Shown here in pieces: positions 11,630 through 22,989 of a stretch of DNA of 64,000 nt. The stretch lies in NCBI GenBank assembly GCA_040285825.1, contig JAUPSS010000003.1:3038001-3102000 (forward strand). Reading direction: 5' to 3'. Under the pieces are notes generated by a model. That model did not search any database. It saw only the letters and a list, made by a program, of their open reading frames with translations, and was not told the origin of the DNA. Origin of the DNA: Eukaryota sp. TZLM1-RC (Eukaryota; Protista; Metamonada: BaSk clade). Each line of letters opens with the position of its first letter. Positions within the stretch are counted from its first letter, which is position 1. Both the position numbers and the translations under genes were made by a program.

Positions 11630-14330
11630 TGTGTGAACTAAAACAGATTATAAAAAACAATACCCAGAAATTGAACTTACGGCTTGCATGGATAACATTT
11701 CAATAATCGGTGTAATTGATTCATTGAGAAGAATTGCTACAGTTGTTCATCAGCGCTATTACCAACTCGGTCTTTCGTTAAATATTTCCAAGTGTTTATT
11801 GCTCAGTAAAGAGCTTGTTGAACTTGTTTTTGATGATCTTCATCTTCTTTTCACTATTTAAGATGAACCAGGTTTTTGTATTTAGGTTGTTATTTGAGTA
11901 ATTTAGTACTTATTGATCTTGCACACTTAGCAAAATAAACTCAGAACTAGTGGGACGAAATTTATTGAACAAAGATTTCATTGATCAAGATTTTGGAAAT
12001 CTTGATCTGCTTGCTGTCTAGCTAAACCTTCTCTAATTCGATTGAAAAACAGATGTAATCTATTAATAATGGCAAATTGAATTCGAGAGCGCCATAGAAA
12101 AAAATCAAATCTGTTCATTGTTTTTCTTGAACCATTTTTTGGAAATCATTCAAAAAAGTTCCTGCTTCTACTGATAGTCTTCCATTTATCGAAAATGGGA
12201 AAGCAATAAAAACAAGTGGTCTCTTTCTATCAGCATTAGCTTCTTCGATATATTTGTCATATTTTCTATGTTTTTCGGTAGCTTGAAATTCAAAAGCACT
12301 TACAGGATTCAGTTTTCTTCTTTAAACCAAAGTGTCATTTGCAGCATTACTGGAGACAAAGTCAACAATGGCTTCAGAGTTATCAATCCAATCACAGTAG
12401 ACGTCACCTCTATCATCAGAACCAAAATTATTCAATGACAGTGTTTCCTTCAGCAGGGGCTCTTTGATACACGAAATTTTTGCAGTTCGTGCCATATTAA
12501 AAACAGTGTCTCTAACAGCATCACGTAATGAAGAACGATAAGTTATCAATTTAGAACAATTCAGAGCATGGCGCAAAGTGAGTTGAGGTGAATTCGAACA
12601 AATACATTTTTCTTGTGATAATTATTGATTAATGGGGATATTCAAATATAATCTCATTTTTGTTACAAATGCTTCATTAGTGGCCACAATCCAAATCTTC
12701 GTGGTACAATGGTTACAAAAAGCGAAGAATCTGATGACTTGTTTTCACAAACACCCTTTCCAATAACAATGAGTGAGGATCTTGATTTAAAACAGCCAAG
12801 CTGCATATATTATTAAAAAGATCATTTTCATACATTCCAGTCAATCGTTTCTGTAATGTTCGAAGAGTGTACTTCAAATTTAAAACATTCTTTTCTGGAA
12901 TATTGCCATTGAATGATTGGGAAAGCATCGACCCCATTTTTCTGCATCAATTTTTGAAATTTCTTCATTTAATGCAAAAACAGTGGAAGTTTGCGTTGCC
13001 ATCAATAAATCTTCCCAATCTGTAAATCTTTCGGAAAACTCAAAGATTGCATTTCTGCATCCACCAACAAAAGCACACGAGGTAAGAATAGAAGCCTTCG
13101 TCCACCCTAAACCACCATAATGTGGACTAAGGTAAGCATGGTCTGGAATTTGGAACATTTTACATCACAGTAATTGTGACAGAACTTTTTCACGTGATTC
13201 ATTAAACTTCTGAGCCAAAGGTCTAGTGACGAGAGGATTTGTAGATCGAAATATATGATTAAAATTGGAACTAAAACACAGTCTTATAATGGTAAATTTG
13301 ATGTGTTTTTTTATATCTAAATTCATCATTCGGTCAATTTTGTCGGAAATTGAGTTCAACTTTTCAAACAATTTGTTAATAATTTCATCATTATTTCCTA
13401 AAAACGAACCCAAATGACGAATAGCATCAATTGAATTTGGCTTGAATTTCAATACCATCAATTATTGTGGAAACTGGAGAATTCGATAACAAAACACATT
13501 TAAGTAAATTAAGTCGGAGACCAATTTTGGTAAATAATTCTTTAAAACATACAGTTGCTTGTTTCACAATATTTAAATCACTTGTCGTTGTGGGCAGTTT
13601 ATTAAATTGAATCAATTAATTAATTGTAAATTTAATATTACATATCGCTCAGTTGTTCATGATCCTCTTAGAGATCAAGTATATGCCATGTGCAAAAGCC
13701 ACCATATTGAAGCATTTGCAGAACCACTTGTGCGTAAGTGGTCACCTGAAAATGAAGATGATAATGCATTTGAGAAACGTCATGGTGATTAAAATACACC
13801 GGGTTCTGATGGTATCAGCAAATAGGGTGGTGTTGTCATTGTTGTTGTTTGTAAAGAATCAGCAGTGGATTTTGCTGAAAAAATAAAACACCTCTATGTT
13901 TTCCTGAATATAACAATATTAAAAAGTACGAGGAACCTTTATCTCAACTTGGTCGTGTTCAGCATGTAAAATACCAGCTGGTTGCTTTTGGAGTTTCTCT
14001 TTTTGGTCACATTGGAAATTTTGGTGTGGAATTTTTCGAAGGTTATATATGTTTCATAAAAGAAAAATGCAGAACTAGTCTCTTCAAAATATCAATACCT
14101 ATAATGAAATTATTCAGAAGAGCGGGAAAAGAATTGATCCTTAATTTCTGGCACAATAGAATTGTTGTTTGTAAGCAATTCCAGAAATGATAACCAAAGC
14201 ACTGTTACAATTAGAAATAGAGTATGTGAATCGCGCATTGAAGAGGTTTAACGATGTTGATGCGTGTATTGAGGATAATATGTCAATTGTTTTGTTTGAT
14301 TTTGAAAAATATATTAGCAATAATAATACA
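11630..14330 (+). mobile_element. Degenerate family C-like non-LTR fragments (about 11630-11930 and 13580-14330) flanking a nested family B element
   Basis: YPEIELTACMDNISI (RT YxDD region), then CRCG..LINCKF..YRSVVHD..EPLVRK..KRHGD and an FWHNRI tail. Boundaries approximate. Confidence 0.65.
11950..13580 (-). mobile_element. Family B RLE non-LTR retrotransposon fragment
   Basis: IGLRLN..KC, RHLGSFLG, YGGLGW, DDRGDVYCDWIDNSE; homologous to 3520-4589 and 62950-63510. Confidence 0.8.
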
Positions 14331-14469
14331 ATCTACTGAAACTGCCAGAACATTTAATGAAGACAAATAGCAGTCCATTGACAAAGATACCTGGCACCAT
14401 ATGTGGCGAGATCGAAAAAACTGTTGAAAAGACTGTACATTTATTCAGTAAAATACAAATACAAAACTA

Positions 14470-14877
14470 CTACACAGCAAGATCTGATAGGTCGGACGGA
14501 ACAAACGACCCCGGTAGCAACTTTGAAACAGTCCATTCTTCCGTTTCCTGTGACAAATTGGTGAGCAACACAGGCATATCAGGGGAACAGAATTCAGCGA
14601 GAACTTGCCGACAGGCACCACAAGGCTTACACGCGGAAGGAGTATCGGCAACAATGGCTATAGCACTGAACTTTCGAAAGCCTTTCGCTAAGGCGGAAAA
14701 GATAGCAGTCCGTTCCGCACAATTCGTGAGTCCGTACGAGGCATTTTCCACATTGCAACCATGAAAGATAGTTCCATCTTCTGTGAGTAATGCAGCACCA
14801 ACAGCGAACTTAGAATAAGGAGCGTAAGCAAAAGAGCGTGCCTTGATGGCTTCTTGGATAAGCTTATCTGTTGTCAT
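14470..14877 (-). CDS. cdd: Cytidine deaminase (homotetrameric type)
   Basis: AYAPYSKFAVGAAL, GCNVENASYGLTNCAERTA, PCGACRQVLAEF zinc motifs. Confidence 0.95.
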   Translation of the reverse strand: MTTDKLIQEAIKARSFAYAPYSKFAVGAALLTEDGTIFHGCNVENASYGLTNCAERTAIFSALAKGFRKFSAIAIVADTPSACKPCGACRQVLAEFCSPDMPVLLTNLSQETEEWTVSKLLPGSFVPSDLSDLAV

Positions 14878-15294
14878 TCTACGGATATGATGATGGATAT
14901 GATAAGATATGCTGAGATTATACCATTAAGGTCAAAAAATAATTTGTTTGTCCTTGTCAAATCTTCACCTTTGTTATTTTTGTCACATAACGAAATTATA
15001 CACCATCTGTTTAGGGAAATTAAGAATAAACCACATGCGTACATTCTTGGAGCACATTAAGACGACATACACAAATGTTTGTCTGTTTCTGAACCATCCG
15101 TATTACACTGCCCAAATTGCACCAATCATCCACTAAGTCAGCTTGGTGGAAGAGTGGTTGATGTTAAAATCTAAGTATGAACCATACAAATTGTACATTT
15201 ATTTAATGTCCATAACAAGTGAAACAATACTATACACTGCCAATAGACAATAAAGAAGGGAATCAACAACAAAATAAGACATTGACTACCAGAG

Positions 15295-15567
15295 CTAAAA
15301 ATCCACAAATAGATAAGCTGCAAGAAAAGCAACACAAGCAACAACAAGAAGAAATGGTAGTCTTGGAATACTACTATCCTCCCGTAGTTTGCTAATCTTT
15401 TGTTCAAGTTCAGCAGTTGTAAGACCCAACGATGCTTGATGACGACAAACTGTATTGCGGAGAGAATGTACTTTGATTCTTGAAGCACTTAGAGGAGAGT
15501 TTTCGTTGTCTCCTGGAGAAGATTGAAGAAATCCACTGATGAGGCGTCGAGGAGTTGAAGAATGCAT
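15295..15567 (-). CDS. Small tail-anchored membrane protein, unknown function
   Basis: 90-aa ATG ORF with a short coiled segment and a C-terminal hydrophobic helix (FLLVVACVAFLAAYLF). Confidence 0.55.
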   Translation of the reverse strand: MHSSTPRRLISGFLQSSPGDNENSPLSASRIKVHSLRNTVCRHQASLGLTTAELEQKISKLREDSSIPRLPFLLVVACVAFLAAYLFVDF

Positions 15568-16499
15568 AAGAGGTACTACAACTACACTGAAATTAATTTT
15601 CAGTCAAACCTCTCCAATTGAAAAACACTTTCGTACACCTTAAATTAACTGCAATAAATTGAAAAATGTCACGGTGTCAAACGCACTTGGGAGATGCATC
15701 TGCAAGTATTTTCTACAATATTCAGTAAGGTTCAATTTAGAAACAGACAATTTCTTACACTGACGGTTTTGAAACAATAAATCGTTAACTTCATTCTTCC
15801 TTCACATGCCTTACGTCACACTAAACTAACTTCAAAAGGGACAAATCTATGAATACGCCCACAATAACAGACATTTAACTCTTGAAGAACTGTGCGGATG
15901 CACTTGTACCCGCTTCAACTTATCTAGAAGGCCAAAAAAATGATGGTCAAAACGAGTAAGAAGTTGAAGAAGGTGCAGTGATCGAGCCATTAACCATCAA
16001 AGAAATCCAGAAAACCATTTCAACATTAAACAAATGTATTCAAGCTCATGAGATAGAAGATATCAGTAACAAAATTTGGAAAATTCTAGTACTTGAAAGA
16101 AGAAAGATTGTAACAAATGCTCGTTGAACAACACTTACTCAATTTTTCGAAAACAAAAAACGACTTGATGTTGATGATTTAGAACATGATTAATCGTTAA
16201 ATAAATGAATGTCAAACGTTTTCGATTAAATTTTTATGAGTTTATCGAAAACCACTACATTTGAAACTCTCTACAATTGAGAAAACATTGTGGTTCACCA
16301 CTAGATTTCAATTGGAGAGGTTTTAATGTATATAAAAGCTTTATCTCTAGAAGTTCCAGGATGGAATAGACACATTTTAAAACTCAACCAAAAACCTTAA
16401 CTACTGTTTTTACCTATTCAAACCCCATCAATTTAATGACGGGAGGATTTGTCGTTCACTTGAATGGCAACTCGCTCATATTTAAAACTCCGTAATATT

Positions 16500-17700
16500 A
16501 TTCAAAATGCAGTTGACGAGAAAAGGCTTTCAATAGCGAAAATACAATTCTGTTCTTCCCAATCACAAAATTGAATGTGCGACCACCTACTTTGAGAAGT
16601 TTTCCTAAATCATCTAAAAAATTGAGACCTTCAGTTCCAATGGAACCAAAAATTGAGATAGCAATTGGGACAAATTAGATGTTTCTGCCTCCTGCACCAT
16701 TGAGATGTTGTAGAAAGGCTTCGTATTTTGATTTCTTGGAAAGCTCTGCAACTTTGAGTAAATGTTGAATGTCGGAATTGGAATTTCTGTTCCACGGAGA
16801 TACAGTAGTACAATCAATAATTAATAATCAATAATTCCATCATACCATGCACATTGAATATTACCTCGTTTGTGGCTCAAACTGAGATTTAATTCATCAA
16901 ACAGAGGTTCTAAATGAACTGGATGATGAGCACATTTTAGCAAATCATAAATACAATCACGAACTGCATTGTGGATAATTGATCCTTTTTGAGTGAATTT
17001 ACAACAGCAGATGATGTGATCAAAAGAAGCATAATCACTACATTTACATTTCATAATTGATAAGTATTGAGGAGGAGGTAGATTAACTCTAATTCGCATG
17101 ACTGTCAAAAATTGAATATCTGAGAGCAATAGTCCAGAACGGCAAACAACTTGTGTTGGCAAATAAGATGAATTATGAAAAGAATTCGCACAGCACAAAT
17201 AAGGCAAAAATAATTTCAAAGAACAATAAACGGAGTTACTAGCCATACTATTTTCGTTGTTCAGTGATTTTGGTTCTAAATAACTATTAATATTCTTTTG
17301 TAGTTGAGGAACAGTTCTTCAAAAGTTTGGTAAATCTTTAGTTTCAATCGAGGTGAGGTCAACTTTTGCAGAAAATAATGATTTCCAGAAGTCATTGGAA
17401 CTATTTTTAGGAAGGTACGCAAAAATTTCATTGCAACTGAACAAGAGTTATATGCTAAATTAATTTATTGATGAGGAAACATTACAGCAAGCTCATGCAA
17501 GAAGTTCTCGATTTTTACCTAATAACGAAGCATTTTCAAAAATTCCATAATGAAATAGCAAAACAGAAACAATTCAACTTCCTCTATTTAATTGGATCTT
17601 TAGACCAAAATCGTAGGAATTTCTGCTTTCACAGTAGATACTTTTTGTTCTTTTCCACTACTCTGTTCATGATAATTGACAATTACTAATTGTATACCAT
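16500..17700 (-). mobile_element. Degenerate RLE non-LTR retrotransposon (divergent family E)
   Basis: MRIRVNL, CKC..DHIICC, IHNAVRD, EP, KRGN(D) motifs in ORF 16821-17246; frameshifted remainder. Confidence 0.7.
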
Positions 17701-17838
17701 GGGCATTGTATGAACCATTGGATGTTGCAAAGACAGTTTTGAAAACTGTGTATATATTGACAGTTAATTAGCGTATTCAGAAACATGTTTCAATTGACAT
17801 CTCAAATACAATAAAATTTATATACATTGAAAATCGAT

Positions 17839-18642
17839 CTAAACACAAGTGTAACCTCCATCAATTGGCAAAATAACACCTGTACAGTAGCTGGAACCCT
17901 TAGCAGCCAAGAAAAGTGTGGCAGTATCCAACTCACCTGGTTCACCATGTCGGTTCATTGGGCAAACGGTCTTTAACCATGCTTGGAATGATTCGGTAGT
18001 CAAGAGCTCTTCAGTGAGTTCGGAAATAAAAAATCCAGGACACAAAGCATTAACTGTAATACCATGCTTAGCCCACTCAGCAGCCATTGATCTGGTCATG
18101 TTGTTGACAGCTGCCTTGGTGGCGTGATATGCAGTACAGTCCAATCCAGATCCAACGATTCCATACATGGAGGCAATGTTGATGATTCTACCATAGTTTT
18201 GTTCAATCATCAACTTGCCGAATTCACGGGAGACCTTGAAGACGGAAGTCAAGTTCAATTCCACAACAAAGTTCCAATCTTCATCACTGAATTCAGCAGA
18301 GGCACCACCCTTGTTACCACCAGCATTGTTGATCTTTGGTTATTATACAAAACAACATACAAGAACATCACAACGACCCAGTTCAGTTTTGACAGTTTCT
18401 ACTGCAGCTTTAACGGCTTCAGTGTCGGTGACGTCACACTTGACAGGAACACACTTGACACCCAACTTGCGTATTTCCTTGGCAACGGTTTCAAGCTTCT
18501 CGACACGGCGAGCCAAAAGAGCTACATCAGCACCTTGGCGAGCAAGAGCCATACTCATTTGGACACCAATGCCAGAGGAAGCACCAGTTACAACAGCAAC
18601 TTGTCCTTTGAAATCGAAGGGGGACGTTTGGTTATCGAGCAT
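17839..18642 (-). CDS. Short-chain dehydrogenase/reductase (gluconate-5-dehydrogenase/FabG-like), 2 exons, intron 18334-18360
   Basis: TGASSGIG, DVL|INNAG (restored by removing a 27-nt GTATG...CAAAG intron that contains in-frame stops), YHATK catalytic motif, IDGGY C-terminus. Confidence 0.92.
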
Positions 18643-19453
18643 AACGAACTGTAAGTGGGAATAATGACATCCCAAAGTTATTCATATATGACCTTTTGTT
18701 TAGATCAAAAATCGAAGACTGTTCAATGATAGTCTTGAATCCTAGATTACAAGAAGAGTTTATCTAGTGGAGGATGCAAGTTCATAAGAGTAGGTACTGT
18801 TTGTTCACAGATACTTACCTTCCACTGCCAGTCAAAAATACGTCATCACCCCTATGAAGGGAAAGAATTATTTTTTATACTGTTATATAAGGGTACAATA
18901 CCTCCATGAAGCACTGTTCCAATCTACAAACGAAAGCATTAAATCACAAGTCATTTGAAAGGAATTACAATGAGTCATGACACTTCACAAAATAAACATA
19001 GAACTATTTCATTAGAAACAATGAAACAAGTTTTTGCGGGGAATCTAGTTCAAATTTGGAAAAATTATATGTAATGTCTTGTTGCAAGTCAAATCACATT
19101 GTCCAGGCAACGTCACATACATTCTACCCTGATACCGAAGGAAGAAACAACAAATTCTTATTACAAACAGCTTGACTCATTCAAACTTCCCTGATCACAT
19201 TCATAGCAAACGGAGTTGATATAGGGGGAAACAGTGTTACACTTTGCTCACGATAATTTATTGACTCGATTCTTTCACAAAATCCAGTTTCACCAATGAT
19301 TGGAGACGCTTCAAATTATACTCTAATCCGCTTAGCCACCCACAACTGTAGCATTTCAAAAAGGTTTGTTGAAAAATAATCAAAATTGAACAATTTATGG
19401 CACTCATTTGAATCAATGGTCGAATTCTCTACACAATAGACGATAGCTGTAAT

Positions 19454-20428
19454 TTATGAAGCATGTACATCACAAAACTCAAAAAAGAACTCAACTGGGA
19501 TTTCGGGTAGCTCAGAATCAGCTGAAGAAAACCACGATGAGTTTATGATTTGGTGTGCAGATGGCCTGTGTTCTGGATTCCAAGAGAGCAATGATGACAG
19601 AATTTGATACCCTTCATAGTCCAAAAGATCACCAATAAGCTCTACCAATCTGCCCTTCTTAACACTCTTTCCTAGTACTACTCCTTGAGATCCTGGCAGA
19701 TTACTTAATCCTGGCCACTTAACTTCGTCTACACTACCCATAATATCAATCATACACCCAAGATCGCCCAGTTCATATCCTGTTTCGAACAAAGCTTCTC
19801 CAGTAACTAGCTGTGCAAAGACACATCCTAATGAAAACATGTCCACTGCATTAGTGTAATTAGTATCTCCCAGAAGCATCTCGGGTGCTTTATACCCTAA
19901 AGTTGTAACACCAGGAGTCATTGTTCCAACTACTTCACTGACTTTAGCTGAACCAAAATCACCAAGAACTACAGTTAACGGGGGTGATAGGAAAATGTTG
20001 CTGGGCTTTATATCTCTATGTAGTATATCATGTGAATGTAAATAATGAAGACCCTTAGCTAGCTCTTTTATAATAAATTTCGTGATATTTAGTGGAACAT
20101 GTGTATTTAGCATTCTTTTATAATATGTAATGAGGTGAAGTAGATCATATGGATAAAAGTCTGTACATAGATAAACATTGTCAAAAATGGATGAACCAGC
20201 AACAACGGCGTACAATGGAAGTATATTCGGATGATCTAGCTCCAGTAAAACTGAGATTTCGCGAAGATGTGGTGATGAAGATTCAGTATCAAGAGTGACA
20301 TAGCGGAGTTGTTTGAGAGCAACAATCTTCCCAGTTTGGAGATCCTCAGCTCGATAAACAATGCCAAAGGTCCCTTCATCGATGCGATCAAGCAATCTGA
20401 AGCAATCAATTGGAAGGGTTTCAACCAT
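19454..20428 (-). CDS. Cyclin-dependent kinase, CDK10/CDK11-like
   Basis: IDEGTFGIVYRA, VALK, degenerate PITSLRE (SSPHLRE), HRDIKPSN, DFG, MTPGVTTLGYKAPE. Confidence 0.85.
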   Translation of the reverse strand: MVETLPIDCFRLLDRIDEGTFGIVYRAEDLQTGKIVALKQLRYVTLDTESSSPHLREISVLLELDHPNILPLYAVVAGSSIFDNVYLCTDFYPYDLLHLITYYKRMLNTHVPLNITKFIIKELAKGLHYLHSHDILHRDIKPSNIFLSPPLTVVLGDFGSAKVSEVVGTMTPGVTTLGYKAPEMLLGDTNYTNAVDMFSLGCVFAQLVTGEALFETGYELGDLGCMIDIMGSVDEVKWPGLSNLPGSQGVVLGKSVKKGRLVELIGDLLDYEGYQILSSLLSWNPEHRPSAHQIINSSWFSSADSELPEIPVEFFFEFCDVHAS

Positions 20429-20745
20429 GCAAATTCCGGAATGAGAATGCAATGTGAATTTCACTTATCATACATACCCTGTGCATTCTCAATGTCTACT
20501 CACAGGCTGTAAAAGGCATGTAGCGTCATTTGACAAAGACATTCATGATCTTCATCAATGGGCTACCTCACTGAAAATGCACCTACTGCTTTCACAGAAC
20601 AAAGCCTCGCGACTTGATGTATCTAAGTGGATCTATCAAATACTACTAAGGCATTTATAGATCGGTCTCAAAAGTTTTTAAGAACAGTAAAAATAAAATA
20701 ATAGTTTTTCAAAAGTTTTAGTTTCTGTTCATTAAGGTTCCTCAT

Positions 20746-22900
20746 TCATCTCCTCAACAGAGCTTCTGGGCAAATGTATCTTTCCGGCCACAATTCCGCT
20801 TTCTTCTTAATTTGAATATTTTTTGCAGCGGAAATATCTCTGTCATATACTATTTGACACTCAGTACAAATACGCATCTGCCATAAGCCTGCTTGAATAT
20901 TCTTGGCCATACAACAACTGGACAGTTTGCTTGTATTAAATTCACTGGTTTAAAAGTGCTTTACGTCCTTTTGATAACACAACCATTTTCTGAAAGGTCT
21001 TGCTGATCCATATCGATTGACTTTTCGGCAATGAGAAGCAAAATTAGCAGAACCCACAGCAAGATAGAGTTTTTCAGAATATCCAGCCAGCCTTTGAAAT
21101 TCGTTGAGCCTCTCTCAGAACTTTTTTTTACCAAAATTTTAATTTTATTCAAAACCTATAAATCAACATCTAAAAAATCCATCTCTCCCAGAACAAAAAC
21201 ACTAGATGCAACTCTCTTATAGTGAGATCCAAGAGAAAGCAAAGCATCAGAGACCATCTTCAACATCCCCTTAAAAATAGAAAACACAATTCTATTTTAC
21301 CAAAACAATCTGTTGAAATTTCTGCCAGTTCTTCTCTTTACAATCATTTCAAAATCATCCAAAAAACGTAAAGCAGTTGGTGCAAGTGAACCAAAAAGGG
21401 AAAATACAAATGGATACAAATTGTATTTTGCATGCTGTAGACTGGCCAATTTGGACAAAGGTTCATTGTATTTTTAAATTTAAAATTTTCAGCATTTGAA
21501 AGGGGATTATGAATTTCAGAATTAACTAGCCTTTCATTTGAGGCATTACAAGGATCAACAGACATTACATCCAATAAAATGAAACTTCCATCTAATCCAG
21601 GTAATATAACATCACCTCTATTATTCTTATGAAAATCATCTTCAGCATCAAACAGATTTGACAACAGAGGTTCCAAGAAGGATTCAATTCTATGAGATTT
21701 ACACATACAATATAACTGGTTTCTTACAGCATCATGAACCTTGCTTCTAAAAGTAATAAAATGTTTACAATTTAACAAATGAGTAGTTGTAATTTCTCGA
21801 GAACATTTACAAATTAAATTATGAGGTAAATTATCAGGCCAGATAAAGGAACGAAATCTCATATTCAGAGTCCAAGCAGAATCGGATAAGAGAGTACCAT
21901 AAACTTGTGGAATTGTTGTTACTAAGGCAGAAGAAGTACTGTCAAACATATCTTGTAAAAGATTTGCAAAAGCGGGATTCTTTTTCTTGGCCAAGCCAAG
22001 TCTAACATCAAAATCCAAGCTTTCAAAAATCTTTGACAATTTTTGTTGAAGCTTTTTACAGCAAAACTGTAAATTAAAAAGAGATCGGTTTGGAATTTCT
22101 TGAATTGATTGAGGAAAACATTTGGTCCAAATTTGTGGCGGCAATTTTTCAAGTTCACAAGATAACTCATACAAATAGGGACTGCAATTGGGGACTAACA
22201 GATGAGAATCATCAGAAATCTCTCAGAACCGTCTCTCTTTTCGTCTGCGGTTATCAAATTTAATCATTTTTCATTTCTGGCGATTACTTTCCAAGTACAC
22301 TTTCCTCCTGACCAAATTCCAATGGTTCAAATATTGGTTGAAATTTAGAACAGAATATTTGTTGGGAGAGTGTTTATTGGGTGAACGTTTTGTCATGTAT
22401 CTTCTGCCAGTTGGACAAGGGATAATTCCACATTGATTATCATTTAAGAAGTAACCACATAATCTAGATTGTCCTAAATCAATGCCGATAGGGGGCCTTT
22501 CAGGTAAAATTTCGACTGGATGTCTACGTCTTCCACGGGGCATTTTATTAGTGCCCTTCAACTGTACTTTTCTGGTTTTGTTGGCATCAGGGTCACTTTT
22601 TTTTAATCTTGTTTTCTGTTTCGGTGGTCCATCCAGCTCATCTGTGTTCATTGAGTCATTATTTTTATTTTGAAAGGTCAAAAGCATTTCATTACCATAA
22701 GTTTCCAATAAAATCTATTTAAATCTATTTTTCAAACTTTTTCTGTTGATATTAAATTTGTGGTAAGGGCATTGTTTGAATATTCGTTTCAGACATGTAT
22801 TTTTGATGAACTTTGTCTTGGAAACTGATCCTTCAATTAGTGGAAATTTTCTCACAGAGTGGAACAAATGTGAAGGTACCTCATGAAATATAGAACCTTT
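20746..22900 (-). pseudogene. Fanzor remnant (Fz-2), interrupted by a non-LTR insertion at 21122-22218
   Basis: ETYGNE..PIGIDLGQSRL (RuvC-I Asp, ORF 22271-22708). The frame continues across the TSD: ERLNEF..LYLAVGSANF..SEFNTSKLSSCC..CTEC..YDRDISAAKNI..* (RuvC-II Glu, Zn finger, RuvC-III Asp). Several in-frame stops. Confidence 0.85.
21122..22218 (-). mobile_element. 5'-truncated family A RLE non-LTR retrotransposon
   Basis: Near-identical to 40760-41850; poly(A) at 21122-21129; TSD TCTCTCAGAAC at 21111-21121 and 22219-22229. Confidence 0.92.
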
Positions 22901-22989
22901 ATGAGAAGCTAAAAAATTATTCTAAATTTCATCCAGCAATGATTATGAGAAAAAAAGTGAGTAAAACCAGTTTTTCTGCTTTTAGTAGA

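Noticed and set aside
18124-18664. Long plus-strand ORFs opposite the SDR (and similar antisense ORFs over cdd, Vps41 and the Gypsy elements)
   Set aside because: These are shadows of the coding strand with no motifs of their own.
18811-18820. ATACTTACCT, identical to the U1 snRNA 5' end
   Set aside because: No recognisable U1 stem-loops, U1-70K loop or Sm site could be identified downstream.
18700-19440. Possible MULE transposase relic (TN..RF..HP.L..F-like words)
   Set aside because: Too degraded; no continuous frame, TIR or TSD found.
21100-22300. TGA=Trp alternative genetic code, suggested by two TGAs at plausible Trp sites in Fz-2
   Set aside because: Host genes (Vps41, SCYL-like, TM protein) end in TGA, TGG is used for Trp, and the Fanzors also contain TAA/TAG stops and frameshifts. 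Ordinary decay explains it.
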